Assembly (NCBI GenBank): GCA_003151625.1
Contig: PLYC01000007.1
Coordinates: 81,181 to 145,180, forward strand
Reading direction: 5' to 3'
DNA: 64,000 nt
Source of the DNA: Candidatus Doudnabacteria bacterium
Lineage (GTDB): Bacteria; Patescibacteriota; Doudnabacteria; UBA920
Below are positions 27,307 through 37,322 of the stretch, one piece after another. Both the position numbers and the translations under genes were made by a program. The first letter of the stretch is position 1, and each line of letters begins with the position of its first letter. The notes beneath the pieces were generated by a model. That model saw nothing but the letters and a program-made list of their open reading frames with translations. It did not search any database and had not been told where the DNA came from.

Positions 27307-28248
27307 TTATAAATTCATCTCCCTTAATCTTTTAACCCTGTCCGCAATTGGCGGGTGGGTGTTAAATAATCCGGCCAGCCAGCTGCGGGCGCCGTGGGGA
27401 TTTTCCGGGTGGTCGGAGGTGGATTCTTCGCGGTCTTCATGGAAGGGGTTAACTATGTATAAATGCGCGGTGGCGTTGTTGGCTTCCACCAGGGGAGTTT
27501 GGTCGTCGGAAATTTTTTCCAAGGCCAAGGCCAAACCCTCTGGGTAGCGCGTTAAAAGCGCTCCCGAGGCATCGGCTAAATATTCGCGCTGGCGGGAAAC
27601 GGCCAGTTTAATTATTGTGGCTATAAGCGGCGAAAGAATTGCCAAAAGTATGCCGACGGCAAAAAGTATCATCCCAAGGTTGCCGTTGTCTTTGCTATTG
27701 CTTCGGCGTCCGCCAAAAAAAGAAAAACGCAAAAACCAATTGGACATAAGGGCAATCATTCCCACTAATACAACGACCAGCGTCATTAGTCTAATATCAT
27801 AATTTCCAATGTGTGAAAGTTCGTGCGCGGTCACGCCTTCGAGTTCGGTTTTGTCCAGTTTTTGCAAAATACCGGTGGTAAAACAAATCACCGCATGCTT
27901 GGGGTCGCGACCGGTGGCAAAGGCGTTGGGCGCGGGGTCGTTAATAATATAAATTTTCGGCGTGGGGATGCCGGCGGCAATGCAAAGATTTTCTACTATA
28001 TTGTAGAGCTGCTGGTTTGTCGCTCGGTCAACCAACTGTGCCTTGGAAACTGCCAAAGTTATGGAATCGGCAAAGTAATAGGAAAACAGCGCCGAACCAA
28101 CGCTAAAAATAACGGCCAAATATAGAATCGCGTCATTCTGGTAAACCTGCGCAAATACCCAGCCGAGCGCCGAAATCACTATCAAGAAGCTGAATATTAA
28201 AATCCAGCTCTCGCGCTTATTTTTGTTAATGAGATCGTATGTGAGCAT
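27307..28248 (-). CDS. htpX: HtpX M48 zinc metalloprotease
   Basis: PNAFATG, HELSH, SRQREYLAD, FNTHPP. Confidence 0.93.
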   Translation of the reverse strand: MLTYDLINKNKRESWILIFSFLIVISALGWVFAQVYQNDAILYLAVIFSVGSALFSYYFADSITLAVSKAQLVDRATNQQLYNIVENLCIAAGIPTPKIYIINDPAPNAFATGRDPKHAVICFTTGILQKLDKTELEGVTAHELSHIGNYDIRLMTLVVVLVGMIALMSNWFLRFSFFGGRRSNSKDNGNLGMILFAVGILLAILSPLIATIIKLAVSRQREYLADASGALLTRYPEGLALALEKISDDQTPLVEANNATAHLYIVNPFHEDREESTSDHPENPHGARSWLAGLFNTHPPIADRVKRLREMNL

Positions 28249-28257
28249 TAAGATTAT

Positions 28258-28362
28258 TCAGAAGATTTTTGAAGCTTGATAAAAAAACCATGAGAGCACG
28301 CCAATGATTGCGGCTATAATTATAAGCAACATCCACCAACTTAATTTTGGATTGAGGTTCAT
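28258..28362 (-). CDS. Small single-TM protein (34 aa), not in the ORF track
   Basis: MNLNPKLSWWMLLIIIAAIIGVLSWFFYQASKIF between lemA and htpX. Confidence 0.45.
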   Translation of the reverse strand: MNLNPKLSWWMLLIIIAAIIGVLSWFFYQASKIF

Positions 28363-28425
28363 ATTTTTTATTTACCCTTCGACTCCGCCGCCCTTCTGGC
28401 GGCTTCGCTCAGGGTCAAAGTCCAA

Positions 28426-28971
28426 TTAGAATTGGACTTTGACCGGCTGGGCTTCCGGGCCGCTTTCGTCTATGCCAAAAAAATCTTTTTTGGTAAAGCC
28501 GAACATAGAGGCAAAGAGGTTGGTGGGGAAGACCTGGAGTTTGGTGTTGTAGTCGCGGACATTGCCGTTGTAGAAGCGCCGGGCAGCCTGGATTTTATCT
28601 TCGGTGTCTGTAAGGTCGCTTTGCAATTGCATAAAATTGGCATTGGCTTTTAAGTCCGGGTAAGCCTCGGCCACGGCAAACAAACTTTTTAATGTGCCGG
28701 AAAGCGCGTTTTCCTGTTTGAGTTTATCGTCCATACTGCCTGCGTTCATAGCGGCGCTACGGGCGGCGGTAACCTGCTCAAACACGCCGGCTTCGTGGGT
28801 GGCATAACCTTTTACGGTTGAAACCAAGTTAGGGATTAAATCGTACCTTCTTTTTAATTGCACTTCAATATCGCTCCAGGCTTCTTCTACGCGGTTTTTT
28901 GAGCGCACCAAACCGTTGAACATAAGCACTAAAATAACCAAAATCGCTAAGATTATCCAAACTGCTATCAT
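28426..28971 (-). CDS. lemA: LemA family protein
   Basis: WSDIEVQLKRRYDLIPNLV, AEAYPDLKAN, ARRFYN, FPTN. Confidence 0.95.
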   Translation of the reverse strand: MIAVWIILAILVILVLMFNGLVRSKNRVEEAWSDIEVQLKRRYDLIPNLVSTVKGYATHEAGVFEQVTAARSAAMNAGSMDDKLKQENALSGTLKSLFAVAEAYPDLKANANFMQLQSDLTDTEDKIQAARRFYNGNVRDYNTKLQVFPTNLFASMFGFTKKDFFGIDESGPEAQPVKVQF

Positions 28972-29160
28972 ATATTTTATTCGTTTAATGATTAAGTTTT
29001 CCCGCTAAGCGGGATCCGCCTTTGGCGGAAATTATTTACCCGGATTAATTATAGCACAAATCAAATTTTTATGGTATAATTTGGCTACAGAAAAAATACA
29101 AATGTTGCGGAACACTGAAAAAAGTAGTTCTGTAATATTTACATTGTAGTTGAAACAAAA

Positions 29161-31578
29161 ATGGACATACTGGAAAATTTAAAAGAAGGCGCGGATAGGT
29201 ATATAGACGCTTGGGCTTTGGAAGATTTGGAAGACCGGGTAAAGCTAGTGTTAAAAGAGCGCGAGGAGCTAAAAGGCTGGACCGACAAAGAACTCAAGCT
29301 CGCGGCTTTGGCGTTTAAAGAAGATTTGGCAAAAGGCAAGAGCTTGGACAGTTTAGTGGTCGAGGCTTTTGCCGTGGTTAACGAAGCGGCGCGCCGCGCG
29401 TTAAAACAGTTGCCGTTTCCGGTACAAATTTTAGCCGGGTTGGTTATTCACAGCGGCCGGGTGGCCGAAATGAAGGCCGGCGAAGGAAAAACTTTAACCG
29501 AAACCATGCCGGTTTACGCCAACGCGCTTATGGGTTTTGGTGTACATTTAATAACCACGAACGATTACCTTGCCGAACGCGACGCCAAATGGATGGGCAA
29601 GCTCTATAATTTTTTAGGACTTAGTGTGGGTTTTATAACCTCCACAATGAAAAATGACGAGCGCCGTAAAGCTTACGCCTGCGACATAACCTACGTAACC
29701 AACCAGGAGGTTGGTTTTGATTATTTACGCGACAATCTGGTTTTTTCCAGAGCCGAACGAGTTTTGCGCGGCACCCGCCCGCTTTATTTTGGCATAGTGG
29801 ATGAGATAGACAGCATTTTAATAGACGAATCCCGCACCCCTTTGATTATTGCCGAAGCCATAAAAGAAGAAAGAAATTTTTACGACCTGTTTACAAAAAT
29901 CGTGGAAAAATTAACCGAGGACGAAGACTATGTCGTGGATTATCAGGCTAAGCTGGTTAGTATGACTGACGCGGGGTTAAATAAAGTGGAAAAGCTTTTG
30001 GGCGGACCGGTGTTTTCCAAAGACAATCCGATGTATGTATTTTATTTGGATGTTTGCTTAAAAGCCAAAGTGGTTTTTGAAAAAGACCGCGACTATATAA
30101 TAACCGACGGCGAAGTGGATATAGTAGATGAATTTACGGGGCGGGTAATGCCGGGACGCCGCTTTACCGACGGCGTGCATCAGGCCATAGAAGCCAAAGA
30201 ACACGTTAAGGTTAAGGAGGCCGACAAAACGCAAGCCAGTATAACGTTCCAGAACTTTTTTCCAATGTACGAAAAACTTTCCGGCATGAGCGGTACGGTT
30301 ATGCGCGCGCGCGATGAATTTAATAAAGTTTACAAATTGGATGTAATCCAAATTCCAACCAACCGCCCAATTGCCCGCGTAGACCACAACGACTTATTTT
30401 TTAAAACTCAAAAAGGTAAGTTTTTGGGCTTGATCAAAAAAATTAAACAGATTAAACACAAAAATCAGCCGCTTTTGATTGGCGCGCGAAACGTAGAGAC
30501 CGCGCATATGGTGGCGGATCTATTGGAAACCGTCGGGTTTCCTTACCAGCTGCTTACGGCGCAGGATCACCGCAGCGAGGCGGAAAAAATAGCCAAGGCC
30601 GGACAGGAGGGGATGATAACCGTGGCCACCAATATGGCCGGCCGCGGTACGGATATTCTGCTTGGGAGTGGCGTGGAAACTTTGGGCGGGCTGTATGTTT
30701 TGGGAACGGAACGACACGAATCAAGGCGCATAGACGACCAGCTGGTCGGCCGGAGCGGGCGACAGGGGGAGCCGGGTGAAACGCAGTTTTTGATTTCCAT
30801 GGAAGACGAAATAATGCAGTTGTTCGGCAGTGAAAAAATTATCAATACCATGGAGGCTTACGACATTCCGGAAGACGAGTATATTTCCGGAAAAAGCTTA
30901 AACTACGCTTTTAAAAAAGCCCAGGATTTTGTGGAGAGCAAGAATTTAGACAGCCGGCTGTATTTGTACAAATACGACAGCGTGACCAAATTCCAAAGAA
31001 AATACATTTACGCGCTTCGGGATTCATTGCTGGAAAATGAAGCTAATTTTTTGGATTATTTAAAAAAATCCATACGTGAGATTTTAATTGAAATATTACA
31101 AATAGGCGATGCTCAATTAATTTCCGTGGAAATGCTAAAGGTTTTTCACGTGGACGCCAAACCGGAAGAAATTCAGCAGTCGTTAGGGTTAAAAACTGAA
31201 GGTGGTATTGAGGCTATATTAAATGAATGGCTAAACCCTTTTTACAAGGAGCCAGTCGCAATGTCTTTGAATGATGCCGCGCAAAAGCTCGCGGATATTT
31301 TGGAATCGCTAGCTTTAAAAATCCAAAAAGAACCGGAAGTCTATAAAGCCGGGCAGAATTTAATTTTAGAAATTATAGATAACAACTGGAGCGGCCAGCA
31401 GGATTTAATGGACGTGCTTAAACAGGAGGCCGGATTGTTTTCTTACGCTTCGGAAGACCCGCTAATTGAATATATTTTGGAAGGTCGTAAATTGTTTGAA
31501 AGTCTAAAGTCGGACATAAAAAGACAGTTTTTATCCTCCATTTTTTTGCATTTGGAACAAAAGGGTCTCCTGGAGTAG
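29161..31578 (+). CDS. secA: Preprotein translocase ATPase SecA (short, SecA2-like)
   Basis: AEMKAGEGKT, NDYLAERD, DEIDSILIDESRTPLII, ATNMAGRGTDI, RRIDDQLVGRSGRQG. Confidence 0.9.
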   Translation: MDILENLKEGADRYIDAWALEDLEDRVKLVLKEREELKGWTDKELKLAALAFKEDLAKGKSLDSLVVEAFAVVNEAARRALKQLPFPVQILAGLVIHSGRVAEMKAGEGKTLTETMPVYANALMGFGVHLITTNDYLAERDAKWMGKLYNFLGLSVGFITSTMKNDERRKAYACDITYVTNQEVGFDYLRDNLVFSRAERVLRGTRPLYFGIVDEIDSILIDESRTPLIIAEAIKEERNFYDLFTKIVEKLTEDEDYVVDYQAKLVSMTDAGLNKVEKLLGGPVFSKDNPMYVFYLDVCLKAKVVFEKDRDYIITDGEVDIVDEFTGRVMPGRRFTDGVHQAIEAKEHVKVKEADKTQASITFQNFFPMYEKLSGMSGTVMRARDEFNKVYKLDVIQIPTNRPIARVDHNDLFFKTQKGKFLGLIKKIKQIKHKNQPLLIGARNVETAHMVADLLETVGFPYQLLTAQDHRSEAEKIAKAGQEGMITVATNMAGRGTDILLGSGVETLGGLYVLGTERHESRRIDDQLVGRSGRQGEPGETQFLISMEDEIMQLFGSEKIINTMEAYDIPEDEYISGKSLNYAFKKAQDFVESKNLDSRLYLYKYDSVTKFQRKYIYALRDSLLENEANFLDYLKKSIREILIEILQIGDAQLISVEMLKVFHVDAKPEEIQQSLGLKTEGGIEAILNEWLNPFYKEPVAMSLNDAAQKLADILESLALKIQKEPEVYKAGQNLILEIIDNNWSGQQDLMDVLKQEAGLFSYASEDPLIEYILEGRKLFESLKSDIKRQFLSSIFLHLEQKGLLE

Positions 31579-31676
31579 CAAACAAATTAACACGAATTGA
31601 TTACTAATAAACACGAATGAGCATATCGCATATTCGTGTTAATTAGTTTGCAGTATTCGTGTTAATTAGTTATTAT

Positions 31677-31964
31677 ATGAATATGCTAAGTAAAGAAGAG
31701 GTCATAAAAATTGCTAAATTGGCTCGTATTGCGCTAACCGACGAAGAGGTGGAAAAATTTCGGACACAACTTTCCACGGTTTTAGACTATGTGGAAGAGT
31801 TAAAAACTGTAAATGTAGAGGGTTTGGAAGAAGTTTCCCAGGTAACCGGTTTGGTTAACGTCCAGCGCGAGGACAAAGTTGTACAGGCGGAAAATCATGA
31901 AGCGATTTTTTCCCAGGCACCGGAGACGAAAGACGGGTATTACAAAGTAAAAGCAATATTATAA
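31677..31964 (+). CDS. gatC: Asp/Glu-tRNA amidotransferase subunit C
   Basis: EEVIKIAKLARI, QRED, APE..DGYYKVKAIL; upstream of gatA. Confidence 0.92.
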   Translation: MNMLSKEEVIKIAKLARIALTDEEVEKFRTQLSTVLDYVEELKTVNVEGLEEVSQVTGLVNVQREDKVVQAENHEAIFSQAPETKDGYYKVKAIL

Positions 31965-32071
31965 TTAAGATCCAAGAAGCAAAGAATCAAGAACCAAACA
32001 CTGCAACTGCAGTTTTGGATCTTGATATCTTGAATCTTGGTTCTTCGTAAGCTCAATTCAAGATTTAAGAT

Positions 32072-33553
32072 ATGGACTTCGCCTATTTATCACTGACAGA
32101 GTTAAGAAAAAAACTTGACCACAAGGAGATTTCTTCGCTTGAGCTTACGCGATACTTTTTGGCGCGCATAAAAAAAAGCGACCTTAACGCTTTTGTTACG
32201 GTAACGGAAGAAGAAGCTTTGGCGGCCGCGAAAGACGCGGACGATTTTATATCCAGTCCCGGTGAGAATCCGTTTTTGTGCGGCATCCCTTACGCTTCCA
32301 AAGACTTATTCTGTACCAAGGGTATTCGCACTACCGCATCCTCTAAAATTTTAGACAACTACTTTCCGCCATACGACGCGACGGTTACAAAAAAACTAAA
32401 TGAACAAAAATCCGTGCTTTTAGGTAAGACTAATTTGGATGAATTTGCGCACGGATCTTCTACCGAAACTTCGGCTTACGGACCTTCCAAAAATCCCTGG
32501 GACAGCACGCGTATTCCTGGCGGTTCTTCCGGCGGTTCTACAGCGGCAGTGGGCGCCGGGCTCTCGCCTTGGGCAACGGCCACGGAAACCGGCGGGAGCA
32601 TTCGCCAGCCGGCTTCTTTGTGCGGTCTTAGCGGATGGAAGCCAACCTATGGACGCGTTTCCCGTTACGGTGTTATTGCCATGGCATCATCGTTAGACAG
32701 CCCGGGAGCGGTTGCTTACAGTGTGGAAGATTTGGCGCGCTTGGCAGAAGTTTTGGCCGGACAGGACGAAAAAGATTCCACTACTAGCCCGGTGGAAGTG
32801 CCGGCATACAGTAAAAAATTATCCGCCGACGTTAAAGGCCTAAAAATTGGCGTACCAAAAGAATACTTTGTGGACGGAATGGAAGACGGGGTAAAGCAAA
32901 GGGTAATGGAAGCCATAAAAGAATACGAAAAAATGGGCGCCAAAATAGAAGAGGTGAGTTTGCCTTACACTAAGTTTGGCTCTTTGGTTTACGCGATTGT
33001 CTGTCCAAGCGAGGTGTCTTCCAATTTAGCCCGCTTTGACGGAATTCGTTATGGCCACTCGACCCGCGAAGCCAAAAATCTTTTGGAAGTTTACGAAAAA
33101 TCCCGCGCTGAGGGTTTTGGCAATGAGGCCAAACGCCGCATTTTAACCGGCACTTATGTTTTGTCTGCCGGATATTACGACGCCTACTATAAGAAAGCGC
33201 AAAAAGTTAGGAGCTTGATTATAAAAGAATTCGCCGAAGTTTTTAAAAAGGTGGATATTCTGGCGTGCCCTTCTTCACCGAACGTAGCCATTAAACTCGG
33301 CCATGCCAAAGATAATCCGTTATTTGGATACATCGCCGACCAGCTAAACATCCCAGGTTCATTGGCAGGTTTGCCGGCTTTATCTATTCCCTGTGGTTTC
33401 GCCCTTCCTGCCGACGGACAGGCAAATTCTTTGGACGGTTTGCCCGTAGGACTTCAGATTATCGGCCCGCAATGGGGCGAACAAAAAACTTTTAACGCGG
33501 GATATGCGTATCAGCAGGTTACGGACTGGCATAAGAAGCATCCGGGGGAATAG
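32072..33553 (+). CDS. gatA: Asp/Glu-tRNA amidotransferase subunit A
   Basis: GKTNLDEFA, PGGSSGGS, TGGSIRQPA, SSNLARFDGIRYG. Confidence 0.97.
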   Translation: MDFAYLSLTELRKKLDHKEISSLELTRYFLARIKKSDLNAFVTVTEEEALAAAKDADDFISSPGENPFLCGIPYASKDLFCTKGIRTTASSKILDNYFPPYDATVTKKLNEQKSVLLGKTNLDEFAHGSSTETSAYGPSKNPWDSTRIPGGSSGGSTAAVGAGLSPWATATETGGSIRQPASLCGLSGWKPTYGRVSRYGVIAMASSLDSPGAVAYSVEDLARLAEVLAGQDEKDSTTSPVEVPAYSKKLSADVKGLKIGVPKEYFVDGMEDGVKQRVMEAIKEYEKMGAKIEEVSLPYTKFGSLVYAIVCPSEVSSNLARFDGIRYGHSTREAKNLLEVYEKSRAEGFGNEAKRRILTGTYVLSAGYYDAYYKKAQKVRSLIIKEFAEVFKKVDILACPSSPNVAIKLGHAKDNPLFGYIADQLNIPGSLAGLPALSIPCGFALPADGQANSLDGLPVGLQIIGPQWGEQKTFNAGYAYQQVTDWHKKHPGE

Positions 33554-33617
33554 AATTAGGAAGTATGTCCCGCGGAGCGGGATCCGCCTCCGGCGGAAAT
33601 TAGGAATTAAGAAGTAT

Positions 33618-33696
33618 GTCATCCCGGAATTTTTTTGTTGAAGTACATAATCAGCCAAAAAATATCCCTGCCTGTGGCAGGCAGGCGAAATCCAGA
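33618..33696. repeat. GTCATCCCGGAATTTTT-type palindrome with a nested CCTGCCTG..CAGGCAGG element
   Basis: Matches 53037-53098; preceded by cccgcggagcgggatccgcc..ggcggaa (33569-33598), which has a copy at 29001-29030. Confidence 0.7.
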
Positions 33697-33700
33697 ATAT

Positions 33701-34015
33701 ATGAAAGAATTTTTTAGACCAAATTTGTTTAAAATAATTTTTACGCTTATTGGAGTTTTATTGCCGTGGTTATTTGGCCCCTTAAAAGCTGCCTTTCCTA
33801 CATTGCAACCGGTTTTTGATAACTTATTTTGGCTTTACTCAATCCCTTTTTTACCTATAAGTCTAACAATTATTTTTCTTGGATTCAGCAGAGTAGTATG
33901 GGATTTTAGCGCGACAGTTATTTTGTTTGTCGTATCTGTTTTATATTCATATTTGTTAGGTTGTACGGTATATTATTTTAAAAAAAAATATAACCTTTAT
34001 CATGAAAGAATTTAA
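33701..34015 (+). CDS. Small membrane protein between gatA and gatB
   Basis: MKEFFRPNLFKIIF..YSYLLGC with three hydrophobic segments. Confidence 0.65.
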   Translation: MKEFFRPNLFKIIFTLIGVLLPWLFGPLKAAFPTLQPVFDNLFWLYSIPFLPISLTIIFLGFSRVVWDFSATVILFVVSVLYSYLLGCTVYYFKKKYNLYHERI

Positions 34016-35564
34016 ATCTTCAAAAGAATACCAGCCCGTCATTGGGTTTGAAATACACGTAGAGCTTGCGACAAAGAGCAAGATGTTTTCTCCGGCCGCG
34101 AATAATCCGGACGAGAAGACGCCGAATGTAAATATTGACGAGATAGTTACGGCCCAGCCCGGGACTTTGCCTGTGGCTAACAAAGAAGCTATTAGGTTGG
34201 CGGCTTTAGTGGGGCTGGCTTTGAATTGTACGATTGATGAATGGAGCAAATTTGACCGCAAACATTATTTTTACCCGGATTTGCCAAAGGGCTATCAAAT
34301 ATCACAGTACGACCAGCCGATATCCAGAGCAGGATATTTGGATATTGAGATATTGGATATTAAGGGGCAGAAAAAAACCAAAAGAATTGGAATCACGCGG
34401 GCTCACTTAGAAGAAGATGCCGGAAAAAATATCCATCCGGAAGGTTTGCCTTATTCGTTGGTGGATTATAACCGTGCCGGTTGCGCTCTGCTGGAAATTG
34501 TTACGGAGCCGGATATAGAAAGTGGGGAAGAGGCTAAGGCCTTTTTAACCGAATTGAGAAATATTATCCGCTATCTCGGTGCTTCTGACTGTGATATGGA
34601 AAAGGGGACTATGCGCTGTGAGCCAAATATCAGCGTTCGAAAACCGGGCGAAACAACTTTGCCAAAGTATAAGTGCGAAGTAAAGAACATCAACTCTTTT
34701 AAATTTGCCGAGGCGGCCATAAATTACGAAATTGCCAGGCATACGGAAATGTTAAAAGAAGGCAAAATGCCGAAACAGGTAACCATGGGCTGGAACGAAA
34801 AAGAAGGTGTAACAGTGGAGCAAAGGGTGAAAGAAGATGCCAACGATTACCGTTATTTTCCGGAGCCGGATTTGCCGGTACTGCAATTTACCAAAGAATA
34901 CTTGGATAAGTTACGAAGCCAAATTCCCGAACTGCCGGCGCAAAAGCGCAAACGCTTTTTGGAAGAATTTGCTTTGCCAGAGGCGGATGTGGAAAATATT
35001 ATAAACTGGAAAGAATTGGCTAGTTATTTTGAGGAAGTTGTCAGCGAAATACAAGAATGGAAATTGGTAGATATTGACCCGTCTCGACTTGGCGGCGCTG
35101 ATAAGCGAGCCGAGGTGGATGGAAATTGGGAAATTAATGGCGCGATAAAACAGGCGGTAAACTGGCTGCTTGGAGATTTTAGCGCGTTGTTAAATGCAAA
35201 GCTTATAAATCCGTCCGACTCCCGTGTTAACCCGGAAAATTTCGCGGAATTAATGAAGTTGATTCTTCAGGGAAAAATTTCCGGCAGCGCGGCTAAAACC
35301 GTGTTTAAAGTAATGTTTGAAAAAGGCGGCGAACCATTATCCATCGTAAACGATTTAGGCCTTCATCAGGTTAGTGACATTGGTGCTATTGAAACCGCTA
35401 TCGATAAAATAATTACGGCCAATGTTAAAGCCGTAACCGACTACAAAACCGGCAACGAAAAATCTTTTGGCTTTTTAGTCGGCCAAACAATGAAAGAGTT
35501 AAAAGGCAAAGGCAACCCGCAGGTAATAAATGAGTTGCTAAAGAAAAAATTAATTACACCATAA
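34002..35564 (+). CDS. gatB: Asp/Glu-tRNA amidotransferase subunit B
   Basis: IGFEIHVEL, FDRKHYFYPDLPKGYQISQ, HLEEDAGK, DYRYFPEPDLP. Confidence 0.97.
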   Translation: MKEFKSSKEYQPVIGFEIHVELATKSKMFSPAANNPDEKTPNVNIDEIVTAQPGTLPVANKEAIRLAALVGLALNCTIDEWSKFDRKHYFYPDLPKGYQISQYDQPISRAGYLDIEILDIKGQKKTKRIGITRAHLEEDAGKNIHPEGLPYSLVDYNRAGCALLEIVTEPDIESGEEAKAFLTELRNIIRYLGASDCDMEKGTMRCEPNISVRKPGETTLPKYKCEVKNINSFKFAEAAINYEIARHTEMLKEGKMPKQVTMGWNEKEGVTVEQRVKEDANDYRYFPEPDLPVLQFTKEYLDKLRSQIPELPAQKRKRFLEEFALPEADVENIINWKELASYFEEVVSEIQEWKLVDIDPSRLGGADKRAEVDGNWEINGAIKQAVNWLLGDFSALLNAKLINPSDSRVNPENFAELMKLILQGKISGSAAKTVFKVMFEKGGEPLSIVNDLGLHQVSDIGAIETAIDKIITANVKAVTDYKTGNEKSFGFLVGQTMKELKGKGNPQVINELLKKKLITP

Positions 35565-35660
35565 AATCAATTTGGAAGAGGGGACACCTCTTCCATATGT
35601 GAAATGATCAACGCCGCGAGGTGTTCTGCAGAAAGCTTCTGCAGACCTCGCGGCGTTATG

Positions 35661-35993
35661 CTATCGGCGGGTATATTCGATGACATTTGCCACGATGATG
35701 GAACCGCGCCATGTGTGTGTGCTTGGGGCCGGAGTAGCCGGAACTTCCGGTCCAATCTGGCCGGTACATTGCGAGCAGCGGCCGTCGAGAAGCTTTTCCC
35801 GACCCCCACAATTCTCGCAGGGCTCGGGTTGAGTGGCGGCTTCAGAACCGATTCCGCAGGAAAGTTCAAATGCTTCGTCTGTACTCATTTCCGGCGATAT
35901 CGGCACTTCGTTGCCGTCCTTGGATATGTGAAGCTTTCCGTCCGGAGCCAATGTGGCAGTGCCGATTTCCTGGCCACGATATGTAGCTATCAT
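35661..35993 (-). CDS. GC-rich hypothetical protein with CxxC..CxxC
   Basis: SD-like AGGAGG upstream; CENCG..CSQC. Confidence 0.5.
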   Translation of the reverse strand: MIATYRGQEIGTATLAPDGKLHISKDGNEVPISPEMSTDEAFELSCGIGSEAATQPEPCENCGGREKLLDGRCSQCTGQIGPEVPATPAPSTHTWRGSIIVANVIEYTRR

Positions 35994-36083
35994 TCGGCCT
36001 CCTTATGGGAGGAAGTATATATAGATGAGTTAAAAGTTGCAAATAGAAAAAAGTCCAATAGTCGCGACTATTGGACTTTTTGA

Positions 36084-37091
36084 TTAAATAAAATTTTTGA
36101 CTAACTTTTGTCCATCAGCTGGTTTTATAATCCATTTAATATTTTTATTTCCTTTCCACCAGGTCATTTGGCGTTTGCTGTAATGTTGGATGGCCAAGAG
36201 TAGCTGCTCAAACATTTCATCGTAGGTTATCTTTTTTTGTAGATAAAGGGCGATGAATTTATACTCCAAGCCAAAGGATTCCAATTTTTTCCAGGACAGA
36301 CCTTGCCTGTGTAATTTTAAAACTTCTTTTACCACTCCTAAACTAAGGCGCTGTTTAAGGCGTTTTTTTATTTTGGCGAACAGTTCTTTTTGCGGGGGAT
36401 TGATGCCAAGCCAAAGTGCATTGTAAGTGGGTAGTGAATAGTGGTCAGTGGATAGTGTCGGTACCGGCTTACCCGTGGTGATCACAATTTCGAGTGCGCG
36501 GATGAGTCGGCGCTTGTTGGATTTGTCTATATTTTTTGCGCGGACAGGGTCGAGCTTTTTGAGCCTCCGATAAAGGTTATCGGCAGATTTTTTTTCGAGC
36601 TTCATCCGCAACTTCAAATTGGGTTTAACGTCGGGAATCATCTGATTATAAACCACGGCGTCTATCCAGTGCGCGGTTCCTCCGCAAAGAATCGGCAGTT
36701 TGCCGCGGGCAAATATATCTTTGATTGCTTTTTTCGCATCACGCTGGAAAAGTGCGGCTGAGTACCGGCGTTTGGGATTTATAACATCTATAAGGTGGTG
36801 GGGAATATTCTTATAAATAAAATACTTGTTAAAATCAGAGCCGTGATTTAAGCTAGTATATACTTTTGATAACTTAATAAATTCATCGCCCGGCGCTGTT
36901 GGCTCGGGATGACGAACGATTGGAAAAGGCTGCCAATTGCCCATCACCTTGCCGGTTCCCAAGTCCATGCCTTTGTATATCTGCCGGCTGTCGCAGGAAA
37001 TTATTTCGCCGTTAAAACGTTTGGCGAACTTGACGGCAAGTTCTGATTTACCCGATGATGTTGGGCCGACGATGACGAAAATTTTGTTCAT
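36084..37091 (-). CDS. miaA: tRNA dimethylallyltransferase
   Basis: GPTSSGKS, DSRQIYKGMDLGTGK, PHHLID, YSKRQMTW. Confidence 0.95.
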   Translation of the reverse strand: MNKIFVIVGPTSSGKSELAVKFAKRFNGEIISCDSRQIYKGMDLGTGKVMGNWQPFPIVRHPEPTAPGDEFIKLSKVYTSLNHGSDFNKYFIYKNIPHHLIDVINPKRRYSAALFQRDAKKAIKDIFARGKLPILCGGTAHWIDAVVYNQMIPDVKPNLKLRMKLEKKSADNLYRRLKKLDPVRAKNIDKSNKRRLIRALEIVITTGKPVPTLSTDHYSLPTYNALWLGINPPQKELFAKIKKRLKQRLSLGVVKEVLKLHRQGLSWKKLESFGLEYKFIALYLQKKITYDEMFEQLLLAIQHYSKRQMTWWKGNKNIKWIIKPADGQKLVKNFI

Positions 37092-37138
37092 AGTAAAATA
37101 GGACTTACAGGACAAATAAGACTAATATGACAAATAGG

Positions 37139-37276
37139 TCATCGCTCGGTTATTTTTTTTCCGCCGTGTGCCGGCGGTTTTTTTAAGCTTGCGCCGTGAA
37201 GGCGCATTCGCGGGCGTTTTTTTATTTCCCGTTTTTTGGCTTTTGTGGCAAATTCGTCGCTAATTTTTTTTCTCAT
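37139..37276 (-). CDS. Small basic protein (45 aa)
   Basis: MRKKISDEFATKAKKREIKKRPRMRLHG.., very K/R-rich. Confidence 0.45.
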   Translation of the reverse strand: MRKKISDEFATKAKKREIKKRPRMRLHGASLKKPPAHGGKKITER

Positions 37277-37322
37277 ATTGTATGATATAATTAATAATAT
37301 TATAACATTAACTAAAAAATAT

